Source: Somniosus microcephalus (taxonomy: Eukaryota). From it: a DNA stretch of 64,000 nucleotides. The notes beneath the pieces are model-generated. The model made no database searches, was not told where the DNA came from, and saw only the letters and a program-made list of their open reading frames with translations. This document shows, one piece after another, positions 25,701 through 36,636 of this stretch. Position numbers and translations under genes: made by a program. Positions within the stretch are counted from its first letter, which is position 1, and every line of letters starts with the position of its first letter. The DNA lies in contig CM126202.1 of assembly GCA_052327205.1 (NCBI GenBank), forward strand, positions 176,762,001 through 176,826,000, written 5' to 3'.

Positions 25701-28700
25701 GCTTCCCGGGCCGGTACAAGATCTCGTAGTTGTAGGTGGAAAGTTCGATTCTCCACCTCAAGATCTTGTCATTTTTGATTTTGCCCCTCTGCTTGTTGTT
25801 AAACATAAAAGCAACTGAACGCTGGTCAGTGAGCAGGGTAAATCGTTTTCCGGCCAGGTAGTGCCTCCAATGACGCACAGCCTCCACAATCGCCTGGGCC
25901 TCCTTCTCAACAGCGGAGTGTCTGGTCTCCGGGCCTTGGAGGGTTCGTGAAAAGAAGGCCACGGGTCTCCCCGCCTGATTGAGGGTAGCGGCCAGGGCAA
26001 AGTCAGACGCGTCGCTTTCCACCTGGAAGGGGATGGATTCGTCCACTGCGTGCATGGTGGCTTTGGCAATGTCCTCCTTGATACGGTGGAAGGCTAAGCG
26101 GGCCTCTGCCGTCAAGGGAAAAAAGGTGGACTTGATCAGCGGACGGGCCTTGTCCGCATAGTAGGGGACCCACTGGGCGTAATAGGAGAAAAACCCTAGG
26201 CACCTCTTCAGGGCCTTGAGGCAGTGGGGCAGTGGAAGTTCCATAAGGGGACGCATCCGGTCGGGGTCGGGGCCGATGACTCCGTGTTCCACAACACAGC
26301 CAAGGATGGCGAGGCGGTTTGTGCGGAATATGCACTTCTCCTTGTTATATGTCAGGTTTAGGAGTTGGGCGGTGCGGAGGAATTTTTCGAGGTTTGCGTC
26401 ATGGTCCTGCAAGTCACGGCCGCAGATGGTCACATTGTCCAGATATGGGAAAGTGGCCTGCAACGCATTTTGATCTACCATCCGGTCCATCTCCCTTTGG
26501 AAGACGGAGACCCCGTTGGTGACGCCAAAGGGAACCCTAAGGAAGTGATAGAGGCGGCCGTTTGCCTCAAAGGCAGTGTACTGGCGGTCCTCAGGGCGGA
26601 TGGGGAGCTGGTGGTACGCTGATTTCAGGTCAATGGTCGAGAAGACGCGGTACTGCGCGATCTGGTTGACCATATCAGCTATACGGGGGAGTGGGTAGGC
26701 GTCCAGCAGGGTGTAGCGATTTATTGTCTGGCTGTAGTCGATGACCAGGCGCTGCTTCTCGCCGGTCTTAACGACCACAACCTGGGCTCGCCAGGGGCTG
26801 GTGCTGCCCTCAATAATCCCTTCTTTCAGGAGCCGCTCCACTTCGGTTTTAATGAAAACCCTGTCCCCGGCACTGTATCGCCTGCTCTTTGTGGCGATGG
26901 GCTTACAGTCGGGGGTGAGGTTAGCAAACAGTGGGGGGGGGGTGACTCTGAGTGTGGAGAGGTTGCACCTGGTGCGCGGCGGGCAGTTTGGAAGCTGCTG
27001 GCTGCGGACTGTGAGTGGGGGTAGGGGTCCACCGTACGCCATCGTAACACTTTTAAGGTGGCACTGAAAATCTAACCCCAGCAGGACGGCAGCGCAGAGG
27101 TCAGGCAGGACCAGAAGTTTAAAATGATCGTACACGGTCCCGTCTACTACGAGTGTCACCACGCAGTAGCCGCCGATGTCCGCCGACTGGGACTCGGAGG
27201 CCATAGAAATCCGCTGTTGCGCAGGCAGGACTGGGAGAGAGCAACGCCACACCGTGTCGGGGTGGATGAAGCTCTCCGTGCTCCCAGAGTCAAAAAGGCA
27301 GATTGTATCGTGACCATTTACCTTAATGTCCATTGTGGAACTGGCCAGTTGGTGCGGTCTCGCTTGGTCCAGTGTAACGGATGCCAGCGTAGGGGTCGGT
27401 GTGTCGCTGCAGGTATCAGATGAGGCGGTGTCGGGGGCCTGCTGCGTCCCGGCTGTCGTCCAAGATGGCGGCGTCCATGATCCCCATGTGGCTGGAGGCG
27501 TCCAAAATGGCTGCTGTACCGATGATTCGCACATGGCCGGGGAGGTCCAAGATGGCGGCCCGCATGGCCCACACGCGGCGCTGCTGGGGTTCGGGGTGGC
27601 TTTGGCCCTGCAGATGCTAGCGTAGTGTCCCTTCTTCCCGCAGCCCGAGCAGATCGCGTTTTTCGCCGGGCAGCGCGCTCTGGGGTGTTTTGCCTGGCCA
27701 CAGAAGTAGCATTTCTGGCCTTGGGGCACTGCTGTCTGGCCTTGGGACACTGCTGCGGTAGTTGGGCCGTTGTTGGGGTGTGGCTGGGGTGGCACGGCGC
27801 TATGAGGCGGTCCTACCGTGTCCCAGGCTGTCATTCCCCGCGGCGTCCACGGTGCAGAGGAGTAGGCATCCATGCCCTGGTAGGCTGCATCCAACGATAG
27901 TGCGAGTTCAGAGGCCTTGTTGAGGTCGAGGTTACTCTGCTCCAACAGCCGCTGTCGGGTGTAATTGGATCTGTGGCCCGCTACAAAAGCGTCCCGGATA
28001 AGTTCCTCTGTGTACACGGCGGCCTTTACATCCTTACAACCACAGGCCCGGCCAAGCACAGACAGTGCCTGAAGGTATTCCACGGTCGATTCCCCAGGTT
28101 GTTGTTTACGACTCCCCAGGAGGTGCCTGGCGTACACTTCGTTCACTGGGCGCGTGTACTGGTCCTTGAGGAGCTTGATAGCGTCCGCGTACGAGGTCGC
28201 GTCTTGGATGACCGAGTACACTCGGTGGTTCACTTTGGAGGTCAGGACATCCAGTTTGTCCTTGTCCGATTTGATTGCTTCGGAGGCGGTCAGGAATTTT
28301 TCGAAACACTTAAGCCAGTGAGTAAACTTGGTGGATGAGTCCGCCTCCCGATGATCTAAGTCCAGGCATGCTGGTGTGAGGATCTTCTCCATTATAAAAA
28401 TGTTGTTAATAAAATTGATGCGCTATCAATTACTCATAAAAGACTGAGAGTTAGAAGAGTAACTAAAGGCTTTTATTAACAACAGAATGGAGGTCTGCCT
28501 CGCGTGGTCGACCGGTCCAGGGTACAAAGGGCTGGGGAGCAGTCACCTTTATACTAGGACCTGTGGGAGGAGTCAGCCGAGGCATGTCCAGGCATGTACA
28601 CAGTGGAATACAAACAGGACAAACAGGAATACAAACAGTGGTTTACCACAAGTCCCATCAATTTTCCTAACACCATTTCCCTACAAATACAGATTTCTTT

Positions 28701-30167
28701 CAGTTCCACCCTTTCATCAGACCCTATGTTCCCCGGCATCTCTGGGGGGTTATTTGTGTCCTCCTTTGTGAAGACAGAACCAAAGTATGAATTTAGTTGG
28801 TCTGCAATTTCTTTGTTTCCCATTGTAAATTCCCCTGATTCTGACTGCAAGGGACCTACGCTTGACTTCACCAATCTTTTTCTCTTCACATATCTATAAA
28901 AGCTTTTACAGTCAGTTTTTATGTTCCCTTCTAGCTTACTCTCATATTCTATTTTCCCTTTCTTAATTAATCCCTTTGTCCTCCTTTGTTGAATACTAAA
29001 CTGCTCCCAATCCTTAGGATTATTGCTTTTTCTGGCCAATTTATATGTCGTCTCCTTGGATCTTATGCTATCCCTAATTTCCCTTGTTAGCCACGGTTGA
29101 GTCACCTTTTTTGTTTTATTTTTATGCCAAACTGGGATGAACAAATTCTGTAGCTCATCCATTCGGTCTTTGAATGTTTGCCATTGCCTATCCACCGTCA
29201 TCCCTTTGAGTGCCATTCCCCAATCGATCCTACCCAACTCGCTCCTCAGACCATCGTAGTTTCCTTTATTTAATTTGAGGACCCTAGTCTCTGAGTCAAC
29301 TACTTCATTCTCCATCTTAATGAAGAATTCGATCATATTATGATCGCTCCGACCCAAGGGGCCTCGTACAACAAGATTGCTAATTAATCCTTTCTCGTTA
29401 CATAATACCCAGTCTAAGATGGCCTGATCTCTGGTTGGTTCCTCGACATATTGGTCCAGGAAACCATTCCGTAAACACTCCAGGAATTCCTCCTCCACAG
29501 TATTGTTACTAATTTGGTTGGCCCAATCTATATGTAGATTAAAGTCACCCATGATGACTGCTGTGCCCTTATTGCACGCTTCTTTAATTTCCCTTTTAAT
29601 GCCATCCCCAACCTCTGCCTTACTGTTGGGAGGTCTATATACCACTCCCACTAATGTTTTTTTCCCCTTAGTGTTTCTCAATTCTACCCATACAGATTGC
29701 ACATCCTCAGAGCTAATATGCTTCATTACAATTGTATTAATCCCTTCTTTAACCAGTAATGCTACCCCACCTCTCTTTCCTTTTTGCCTATCTTTCCTGA
29801 ATATTGAATACCCCTGGATGTTGAGTTCCCAGTCTTGGCCTTCCTTGAGCCACGTTTCCGTAATCCCAACCAAATCATATTCGTTTACCTCTATTTGCGC
29901 AGCCAATTCGTCCACCTTATTACAAATGCTTCTCGCATTAAGACACAAAGCCTTCAGGCTTGTTTTTTTAACGCTCTTAGACCTATTAGAATTATTATTT
30001 ACCGTGGCCACGTTTGATTTAACCCGTTGATTTCTCTGACTGCCACTTTTGTTTTTCTTCTTCCTATCTTTTGCTTTTATCCCTGTTTCCCTTTCCTCTG
30101 TCTCCCTGCTCATGTTCCCAACCCCCTGCCATTTTAGTTTAACCCCCCCCCCGAACAGTGCTAGCAA
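22770..30167 (-). CDS. CR1 ORF2 (APE endonuclease plus RT), interrupted at 24276-28655
   Basis: EN motifs NARSI, GITETW, GDFN and SDH; RT motifs YLDFQKAFD and FADD. Removing Gypsy B and one AGTCC copy restores the frame ...GKLMGL-KADKSSGPDNLHPRVLK.... Confidence 0.92.
24276..28650 (-). mobile_element. Gypsy LTR retrotransposon B, intact and very young
   Basis: 235-bp LTRs at 24276-24510 and 28416-28650 with 1 mismatch seen. TSD AGTCC. PPT AGGGGTGAA. No TGG-type tRNA PBS. Confidence 0.98.
24553..28392 (-). CDS. Single-ORF gag-pol polyprotein, 1279 aa
   Basis: Two Cys/His knuckles, protease FDSGS, RT YLDN, RNase H SDASD, integrase HHCC, VDFKG, HSDRG and NGQVER. No stop codons. Confidence 0.97.
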   Translation of the reverse strand: MEKILTPACLDLDHREADSSTKFTHWLKCFEKFLTASEAIKSDKDKLDVLTSKVNHRVYSVIQDATSYADAIKLLKDQYTRPVNEVYARHLLGSRKQQPGESTVEYLQALSVLGRACGCKDVKAAVYTEELIRDAFVAGHRSNYTRQRLLEQSNLDLNKASELALSLDAAYQGMDAYSSAPWTPRGMTAWDTVGPPHSAVPPQPHPNNGPTTAAVSQGQTAVPQGQKCYFCGQAKHPRARCPAKNAICSGCGKKGHYASICRAKATPNPSSAACGPCGPPSWTSPAMCESSVQQPFWTPPATWGSWTPPSWTTAGTQQAPDTASSDTCSDTPTPTLASVTLDQARPHQLASSTMDIKVNGHDTICLFDSGSTESFIHPDTVWRCSLPVLPAQQRISMASESQSADIGGYCVVTLVVDGTVYDHFKLLVLPDLCAAVLLGLDFQCHLKSVTMAYGGPLPPLTVRSQQLPNCPPRTRCNLSTLRVTPPPLFANLTPDCKPIATKSRRYSAGDRVFIKTEVERLLKEGIIEGSTSPWRAQVVVVKTGEKQRLVIDYSQTINRYTLLDAYPLPRIADMVNQIAQYRVFSTIDLKSAYHQLPIRPEDRQYTAFEANGRLYHFLRVPFGVTNGVSVFQREMDRMVDQNALQATFPYLDNVTICGRDLQDHDANLEKFLRTAQLLNLTYNKEKCIFRTNRLAILGCVVEHGVIGPDPDRMRPLMELPLPHCLKALKRCLGFFSYYAQWVPYYADKARPLIKSTFFPLTAEARLAFHRIKEDIAKATMHAVDESIPFQVESDASDFALAATLNQAGRPVAFFSRTLQGPETRHSAVEKEAQAIVEAVRHWRHYLAGKRFTLLTDQRSVAFMFNNKQRGKIKNDKILRWRIELSTYNYEILYRPGKLNEPPDALSRGTCASTQIDRLRALHNDLCHPGVTRFFHFIKARNLPYSIEEVRTMTRNCQVCAECKPHFYRPDRAHLIKATRPFERLSVDFKGPLPSSDRNVYFLNIIDEYSRFPFAFPCPDMTSATVIKCLNNLFTLFGFPSYIHSDRGSSFMSDELRQYLLTRGIATSRTTSYNPRGNGQVERENATVWKAVLLALKSRGLPTSRWQDVLPDALHSIRSLLCTATNATPHEKMFVFPRKSTSGTSLPPWLTSPGPVLLRRHVRTHKTDPLVERVDLLHANPQYAYIAYPDGREDTVSIRDLAPSGAAVTHYPLPPPPTIQYPAPADGRPGPRDPLDIYEDDTPVPQPTLDSTPEASLPLPSPRRSQRQTRPPERLQYTNF

Positions 30168-30862
30168 ACCTCCCCGTAAGGATATTTGTCCCGCACTGGT
30201 TCAGGTGCAACCCGTCCGACTTGTACAAGTCCCACCTTCCCCAGAAGCAGGCCCAGTGATCCAGGAAACTAAAGCCCTCCCTCCTGCACCAACTCTTTAG
30301 CCACGCATTCATCTGCTCTATCCTCCTATTCCTATACTCACTAGCACGTGGCACCGGGAGTAATCCAGAGATTACAACCTTTGAGGTCCTGCTCTTTAAT
30401 CTGCTACCTAGCTCCCTAAATTCTTGCTGCAGGACCTCATTCCTCTTCCTACCCATGTCATTGGTCCCAATGTGAACCACGACCGCTGACTGTTCACCCT
30501 CCCCCTTCAGAATGCCCTGCAGCCGTTCAGTGACATCCTTGACCCTGGCACCAGGGAGGCAACAAACCATCCTGGAGTCACGTCTATGGCCACAGAAACA
30601 CTTATCTGTTCCCCTTACGATAGAATCCCCTAACACTATTGCTCTCCCACTCTTTTTCCTCCCTTCCTGAGCAGCAGAAGCACCCCTGGTGCCGGGAAGT
30701 TGGCTGCTGCTGCCTTCCTCTGGTAAGTCATCACCCTCAACAGTATCCAAATCGGTATACCTGTTTGAGAGGGGGATGGCCACAGGGGTCCCCTGCACTA
30801 CCTGCCTGCCTCTACTGCTCTGCCTGATGGTCACCCTTTTCCCTTCTGCCTGTGCAGCCCTT
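30139..30862 (-). CDS. CR1 ORF1, SGNH esterase-like domain (5' truncated)
   Basis: Motifs LSNRY, GDSIVRG, CLPGA, HIGTND and DGLHLN. Confidence 0.9.
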
Positions 30863-31798
30863 ATATATAGAGAGATTGTGTGGTACAAATTACTTGCCAA
30901 TCACATTGATGATATTGGAAAACTTGCAGCAGTTCACAAAAAGTGTTATTGCATTTTTATTTTAAGAAACTTACCTGTTCAGTCCTGAAGTGATTCAATT
31001 TGGCTATTTGTGGATAAAATTCTCCGGTCCTGGCACAAGGGCTGTGGGATCGAAACGCGAGAACCTTCCACTTGCTCAAAATAGAATTGGTCGCAATTGA
31101 ATATGCAGAGGAACCTCCTAACCTAGACAATACCTCCCCCTGCAAATCTAAAGGAGAGGAGGGAATATTCAGCACAGCTACAGCCCTACAATTTAAAGAG
31201 ATATAGCCATTTAAAGATGAAAGGTTCAAAAATGTTTTGCAGCCTTTACAAAGATTGTGTGAGCTTGATAATTTTCAGTTGGCTATCCAAAGGCTGTGTT
31301 AGCAAGAAATTGGCTAACAAAAACCAGTGAAAGGCAGAACAAATGTGGAGGCAGGAAAGAGTTTATGAGTATGAGATAGAGTAACACAGCACCCTGTTTG
31401 ATTGATGGCAAAGTGGAAGTGTTTCTGCAGGAGGTGGTATGAGGTGGGTTGTCCCTTTTTGCTACTTGAGGGCACCCTCTTCACAGGCCAATAGTGTGGC
31501 ATGCCTGGCAGGAGGCGGCAGCTAGAGGTAATGGTGTGTACATTTCCTGCATAATCTGGGAACAGATGCGGAAGATGGCACACCTTATGAAAGCTGGAAA
31601 GATATATCTACACAGCTGTATCATATACCAGGTAGATGATTTAAGTATGTGTACTACAAAGTGATACCTATCAACTTGCTATATATTTACTGCAGGCCCA
31701 AACCAACCCCTCAAACAACCTTACTGCTCTTTCATTGCTTACCATGCCCATACTCCAGCTACAACTTACAACCAGAACCATTGGAATGCTGACATGAT

Positions 31799-34700
31799 TG
31801 TGATATCCGAGTGGTAAGGTCCGAAACTGAGAGAAGCGAGATATTAGGAACAAAACCCAACTGTTTATTTACACGGTGTAGCAGAGAGACATAGCTCTTA
31901 CAAGCTGGAAGCCAGGCACATCATTCTTACTGCACGAGCCAAGATGGAGGATGAACCTCTGAGTCATACCCATAATGCAATGCCACATTACCGTGTTAAC
32001 TGGTGTACCAGGATATTGAATACATGACCCATTACCTTAAATACTGGTGAATGTGAACCCTTAATATTTGGCCCCATCTGGTGGATAACTTAAACATTAC
32101 ATCCCAGATTACTATATCCCTCCCCTCTTAAGTTGAACATTAATTTCTTAACAACATTCTTAAAAAGTCCCATAAGGAAACTCCTTTAACGATAGTCCAT
32201 ACTGAACAAATCTAGCAGGTCGTTATCAATCTCTCTGGTGGCTTGTGAGACCTTGGTGAACGTCTTACAGTCAAGTCCCTGTTTGGTTGTGGTAGAGCTA
32301 CCTGCTGCTCCTGAGCAGTACTCAGAGTATCTGACTCTGCTACGCTGGTTTCCTCTTGACGAAGGGGTCCAGGTGGAACAAGCTCTGTTCGTGGTGGTGG
32401 TACCACTGATGCATTTGGATAACTGGGGCCCAACTTGTCCTCCAACATCTCCTCTGGAACCTCCATTTCGATCTCCCCTTGTCTGGTCAGTATCTGATCT
32501 ACATGTCTGCGTACTACCTGACCAGTTCCCACCATGACCGTGTATGATACTAGACCGGTCATTGAGTCTATGATGCCAGGAATCCATTTTGGACCATAAC
32601 TGAAATTCCTGGTAAGGACCGAATCTCCTTCTCCAAAACTGCGGCTCTTTGTCCTTCTGTCATGGTTCTCCTTTTGTTTGATTTGTCGGTTTTCTACCTT
32701 CCTTTTTAGGTCTGGGTGAACCAGGTCAAGAGTGGAGCGTAGTTGACATCCTAACAACAGCTCAGCAGGAGAGAGTCCTGTGGTAGATTGAGGTGTTATT
32801 CTGTAGCTGAACAGAACTCGTGACACCTTGGCTGCCAAACTCCCTTCCGCACTTTTTTTCATCATCTCCTTAAATGTTTGTACGGCTCTCTCCACAAGTC
32901 CATTTGAAGACGGATGATATGGAGCTGAGGTCACGTGCACTATGCCATTGTTTCTCATGAACTCTTTTGTTTCTGTACTCACAAAACACGTGGCATTGTC
33001 ACTTACTACGATCTCCGGTAGCCCTTGATTACTAAAACTCCTACACAGGCAGTCTATAGTAACAGTAGATGAAGCAGAATTTACAGGATAAACATCCATC
33101 CATTTGGAATGGGCATCAATGATTATGAGGAACATCTTTCCCATGAATGCACCCGCATAATCTACATGTAATCTTCTCCATGGTTTATCCGGCCACTCCC
33201 AGGGGTGGAGAGGAGCCGCTGCTGGTGCCTTCCTGTGTACTTGACAAGTTCTGCATGTCTTGACTAGATTTTCTATCTCCTCATCTAGCTTTGGCCACCA
33301 CAAGTAACTCCTTGCCAAAGCTTTCATATGTGAAACTTCAGGATGACACTGATGTAGTTGCCCTAGGAAAGACTGTCGTGCTGACTGTGGAATAATCACT
33401 CGTGCTCCCCACAACACGCAACCATCCTGCACACACAGCTCTGTCTTCCTGACACTGTAAGGTATGAAATCAGTCCCTTCCGGATGCTGTGGCCAACCCC
33501 TCATCACATATTCTCGGACTCTAGACAGTACTGGATCTTTACCGGTCCATGTCCTTACCTGTTCAGCGGTCACAATTGCCGTGTCCGTGTCCTCCAACAT
33601 CAAAACTCTGTCCTCTGGAGCTGCATGGATAGGTGTACCTGGCAGTGGAAGACGGCTCAAGGCATCTGCGTTCCCATGGTACTTGCCCGCCTTGTAAACG
33701 ATGACATACTCATATGCCCTCATCGTCACTGCCCACCTCTGGATCCGGGGTGACACCATCTGTGGTACTGCTTTCATTTCATTAAAAAGAGATAGAAGAG
33801 GTTTATGATCGGTGCATATGGTGAATTTCCTGCCATATATGTACTTGTGAAACCTCCGTAACCCAAACATTACTGCTAACCCCTCTTTATCTAACTGGGA
33901 ATAGTTTTTTTCTGCTGGTGTCAGAGTTCGAGACATAAACCCTATTGGTCTTCCTGTTCCATCTTCCAAGCTGTGTGAAAGAACCGCCCCCACCCCGTAA
34001 GGTGAAGCATCACAAGAGAGAATGATGGCTTTCTCTGCATTGTAGTGAACCAGCACATCCGAGGACAGCATCAGTTTCTTGGACTGCTCAAATGAAACCC
34101 TCTGTTCCTCTTCCCACTGCCACTGTGTCACCTTGTGCAGATGTTTGTGAAGAGGTGCTAACACTGTTGCCAAGTTTGGTAAAAATCTGTTATAATAGTT
34201 TAGCAGTCCCAGGTAAGCTTTTAACTCAGTCACATTGGTAGGAGCTGGGGCCTCCTGCAGTGCTTGTACCTTCTCCTTGATTGGAAGGAGCCCGGTGGTG
34301 TCCACTCTGTGTCCCAGGAACACAGCCTCATTCCCCAGGAAAGTGCACTTACTCCTCTTGAGCCGTAACCCAGCCTTATCCAATCTTCGTAGTACCTCTC
34401 TCAGAGTGCTCAGATGCTCCTGGTCGGTTCTTCCCATCACCAGAATGTCATCCAGATAGATTGAAACATGTGGGATCCCTTGCAGTACACCCTCGATAGT
34501 CCTCTGGAAAATAGCTGGACTAGATGAGACACCGAATGGTAAGCGGTTATAGGTGAACAAACCCTTGTGTGTATTTATGGTTACATACTTCTTGGATTCC
34601 TCATCTAGTGTAATCTGCAAGTATGCATGACTCATATCCAGCTTCGTGAATTTCTTCCCTCCAGCCAGGTTTGCAAAGAGATCCTCTGTTTTGGGAATAG

Positions 34701-36636
34701 GATACTGTTCTAGTTTAGACACCCTATTTACTGTCAATTTATAATCTCCACAGAGTCTTACCGAATTGTCCAGTTTTAAAACAGGTACAATGGGAGCTGC
34801 CCATTCTGAACATTTCACGGATTCCAGTATGTTCTCTCTCAAAAGACGGTCAAGCTCATCCTCTACCTTCGGTTTCATGGCATACGGCACAGGTCGTTGT
34901 GTAAAAAACCTTGGCAATGCCTCCTTGTCTACATAAATCTTAGCTGGGGGGCCATTAAATGTGCCAAGTTCTTCCTTGAACACGTTCTTATGTTCAATCA
35001 ACACTTCTTGCAAAGACAACTGTTTGCCTCCCTCTATTTGATTTATTGCTCCCCAATCTAATTTAAGTTCTTGTATCCAGCCCCGACCTAACAGGTTTGG
35101 TCCGGAACCTGATACTACAACTACAGGTAGCTGTTCCACGGTGTCCCTGTGTTGCACAGTTACAGTAGCTGTACCCAATGTCGCCACTCGTTCACCGGTA
35201 TATGTTTTAAGCTGCATAGAGCAAGACTTTAACTCTGGAACTTTTGCACGGTTCCACAACTTTGAGTACTCCTCCCTGTTCATTATGGTTACCCCGCATC
35301 CTGTATCCTCTTCAAAGTTGACCTTAGAGTCATTTACTATCAGTTGCAAAGTGATAGGATCCACTTTTGGAATGTTCTCTACCATACTATGCATTATGAA
35401 CATGTCATCTTCTTTCTCAGCTTCTCCGCTGATGTGATGAGCTCCCTGTTTTTTCACTTCTCTTCCTAGGTTTTGCTTTCCTCCCCCTTTTGGTTTATAT
35501 GCCTCCACGGTTGCTTTTGCCCTGCATGCACGTTTTATATGCCCTTTTTTCCCACACTTGTGGCACTTTTCCTCCAGAAACCTGCATTCCCTCGCCAGGT
35601 GATTGCCATTGCATCTATAACATGCCTCCACATGCTCATGTTGTGGTTTCTGACACATATTTAACTTGTACACAACAACCTGACCTGCAACTTGCTTTGT
35701 AGTAGCCCAGTCGGAACCTTGTATTTCTTTTACATCTCGGTTTGCTGTCTCTATGGCTTGAGCAAGTTCCAATGCTTTTTCATACGTAAGCCCAGTCTCA
35801 GACAATAATCTCTGCTGCATTCGATCATCCATTATCCCGCAAACTAGCCTATCTCTGAGCATGTCTTTCAGGTTGTTGCCGTAATTGCAATCGTGTGCCA
35901 ATTTCCTCAACACCGCTACATAATCCAATACAGTCTCTCCCGGCTTTCTGTTCCGTGAATTAAATTTGAAATGCTGTACCATCTCACTCAGTCTGGGATT
36001 GAAATGGTCCTTCAGCAAGGCCACTAAGTTAGCAAATGATCTGTCTCCAGGCTTTTCAGGACTGCATAAGTTTCTCATTAAACTATACGTCTGACTTCCC
36101 ACGGAAGTGAGCAAAATAGCTCTCCTTTTTCCGAGATCAATTATATCATTTGCTTCAAAGAAATGCATCAACACCTCGCAGTATTCATCCCAGGTCTGCG
36201 TCTGAACATCAAAAGCAGAGATCTTTCCTACCGTAGCAGCCATGATCTGTTATTCAGTGCTCTTTTTCCTTTTGTTTTCTTCGTCAAGATGTGATCTGTT
36301 TATCCTCGTCGCCAATATGTGATATCCGAGTGGTAAGGTCCGAAACTGAGAGAAGCGAGATATTAGGAACAAAACCCAACTGTTTATTTACACGGTGTAG
36401 CAGAGAGACATAGCTCTTACAAGCTGGAAGCCAGGCACATAATTCTTACTGCACGAGCCAAGATGGAGGATGAACCTCTGTGTCATACCCATAATGCAAT
36501 GCCACATTACCATGTTAACTGGTGTACCAGGACATTGAATACATGGCCCCATTACCTTAAATACTGGTGAATGTGAACCCTCAATATTTGGCTCCATCTG
36601 GTGGATAACTTAAACATTACATCCCAGATTACTATA
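31799..36636 (-). mobile_element. Gypsy LTR retrotransposon C (Mag-like), full length
   Basis: LTRs at 31799-32116 and 36318-36636 (about 7 substitutions and 1 indel). TSD ATGAT. PBS TGGCGACGAGGAT (tRNA-Ser(GCU)-like) at 36302-36314. PPT AGAGGGGAGGGA. Confidence 0.97.
32212..36243 (-). CDS. Uninterrupted gag-pol polyprotein, 1343 aa
   Basis: Motifs CYRC/CHKC knuckles, DTG, YLDD, CDASPYG, HHCC, VDYAG, SDN and NGLVERAV. Confidence 0.95.
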   Translation of the reverse strand: MAATVGKISAFDVQTQTWDEYCEVLMHFFEANDIIDLGKRRAILLTSVGSQTYSLMRNLCSPEKPGDRSFANLVALLKDHFNPRLSEMVQHFKFNSRNRKPGETVLDYVAVLRKLAHDCNYGNNLKDMLRDRLVCGIMDDRMQQRLLSETGLTYEKALELAQAIETANRDVKEIQGSDWATTKQVAGQVVVYKLNMCQKPQHEHVEACYRCNGNHLARECRFLEEKCHKCGKKGHIKRACRAKATVEAYKPKGGGKQNLGREVKKQGAHHISGEAEKEDDMFIMHSMVENIPKVDPITLQLIVNDSKVNFEEDTGCGVTIMNREEYSKLWNRAKVPELKSCSMQLKTYTGERVATLGTATVTVQHRDTVEQLPVVVVSGSGPNLLGRGWIQELKLDWGAINQIEGGKQLSLQEVLIEHKNVFKEELGTFNGPPAKIYVDKEALPRFFTQRPVPYAMKPKVEDELDRLLRENILESVKCSEWAAPIVPVLKLDNSVRLCGDYKLTVNRVSKLEQYPIPKTEDLFANLAGGKKFTKLDMSHAYLQITLDEESKKYVTINTHKGLFTYNRLPFGVSSSPAIFQRTIEGVLQGIPHVSIYLDDILVMGRTDQEHLSTLREVLRRLDKAGLRLKRSKCTFLGNEAVFLGHRVDTTGLLPIKEKVQALQEAPAPTNVTELKAYLGLLNYYNRFLPNLATVLAPLHKHLHKVTQWQWEEEQRVSFEQSKKLMLSSDVLVHYNAEKAIILSCDASPYGVGAVLSHSLEDGTGRPIGFMSRTLTPAEKNYSQLDKEGLAVMFGLRRFHKYIYGRKFTICTDHKPLLSLFNEMKAVPQMVSPRIQRWAVTMRAYEYVIVYKAGKYHGNADALSRLPLPGTPIHAAPEDRVLMLEDTDTAIVTAEQVRTWTGKDPVLSRVREYVMRGWPQHPEGTDFIPYSVRKTELCVQDGCVLWGARVIIPQSARQSFLGQLHQCHPEVSHMKALARSYLWWPKLDEEIENLVKTCRTCQVHRKAPAAAPLHPWEWPDKPWRRLHVDYAGAFMGKMFLIIIDAHSKWMDVYPVNSASSTVTIDCLCRSFSNQGLPEIVVSDNATCFVSTETKEFMRNNGIVHVTSAPYHPSSNGLVERAVQTFKEMMKKSAEGSLAAKVSRVLFSYRITPQSTTGLSPAELLLGCQLRSTLDLVHPDLKRKVENRQIKQKENHDRRTKSRSFGEGDSVLTRNFSYGPKWIPGIIDSMTGLVSYTVMVGTGQVVRRHVDQILTRQGEIEMEVPEEMLEDKLGPSYPNASVVPPPRTELVPPGPLRQEETSVAESDTLSTAQEQQVALPQPNRDLTVRRSPRSHKPPERLITTC

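Larger units (their letters stand above)
22667..30862 (-). mobile_element. Near full-length CR1 LINE, split by Gypsy B
   Basis: 3' tail (CTATGTTT)n at about 22667-22690, ORF2 with APE and RT, and a 5'-truncated esterase ORF1. Confidence 0.95.

Noticed and set aside
28554-30167. 537-aa ORF as a stand-alone endonuclease gene
   Set aside because: It is the N-terminal half of CR1 ORF2 reading into the Gypsy B LTR.
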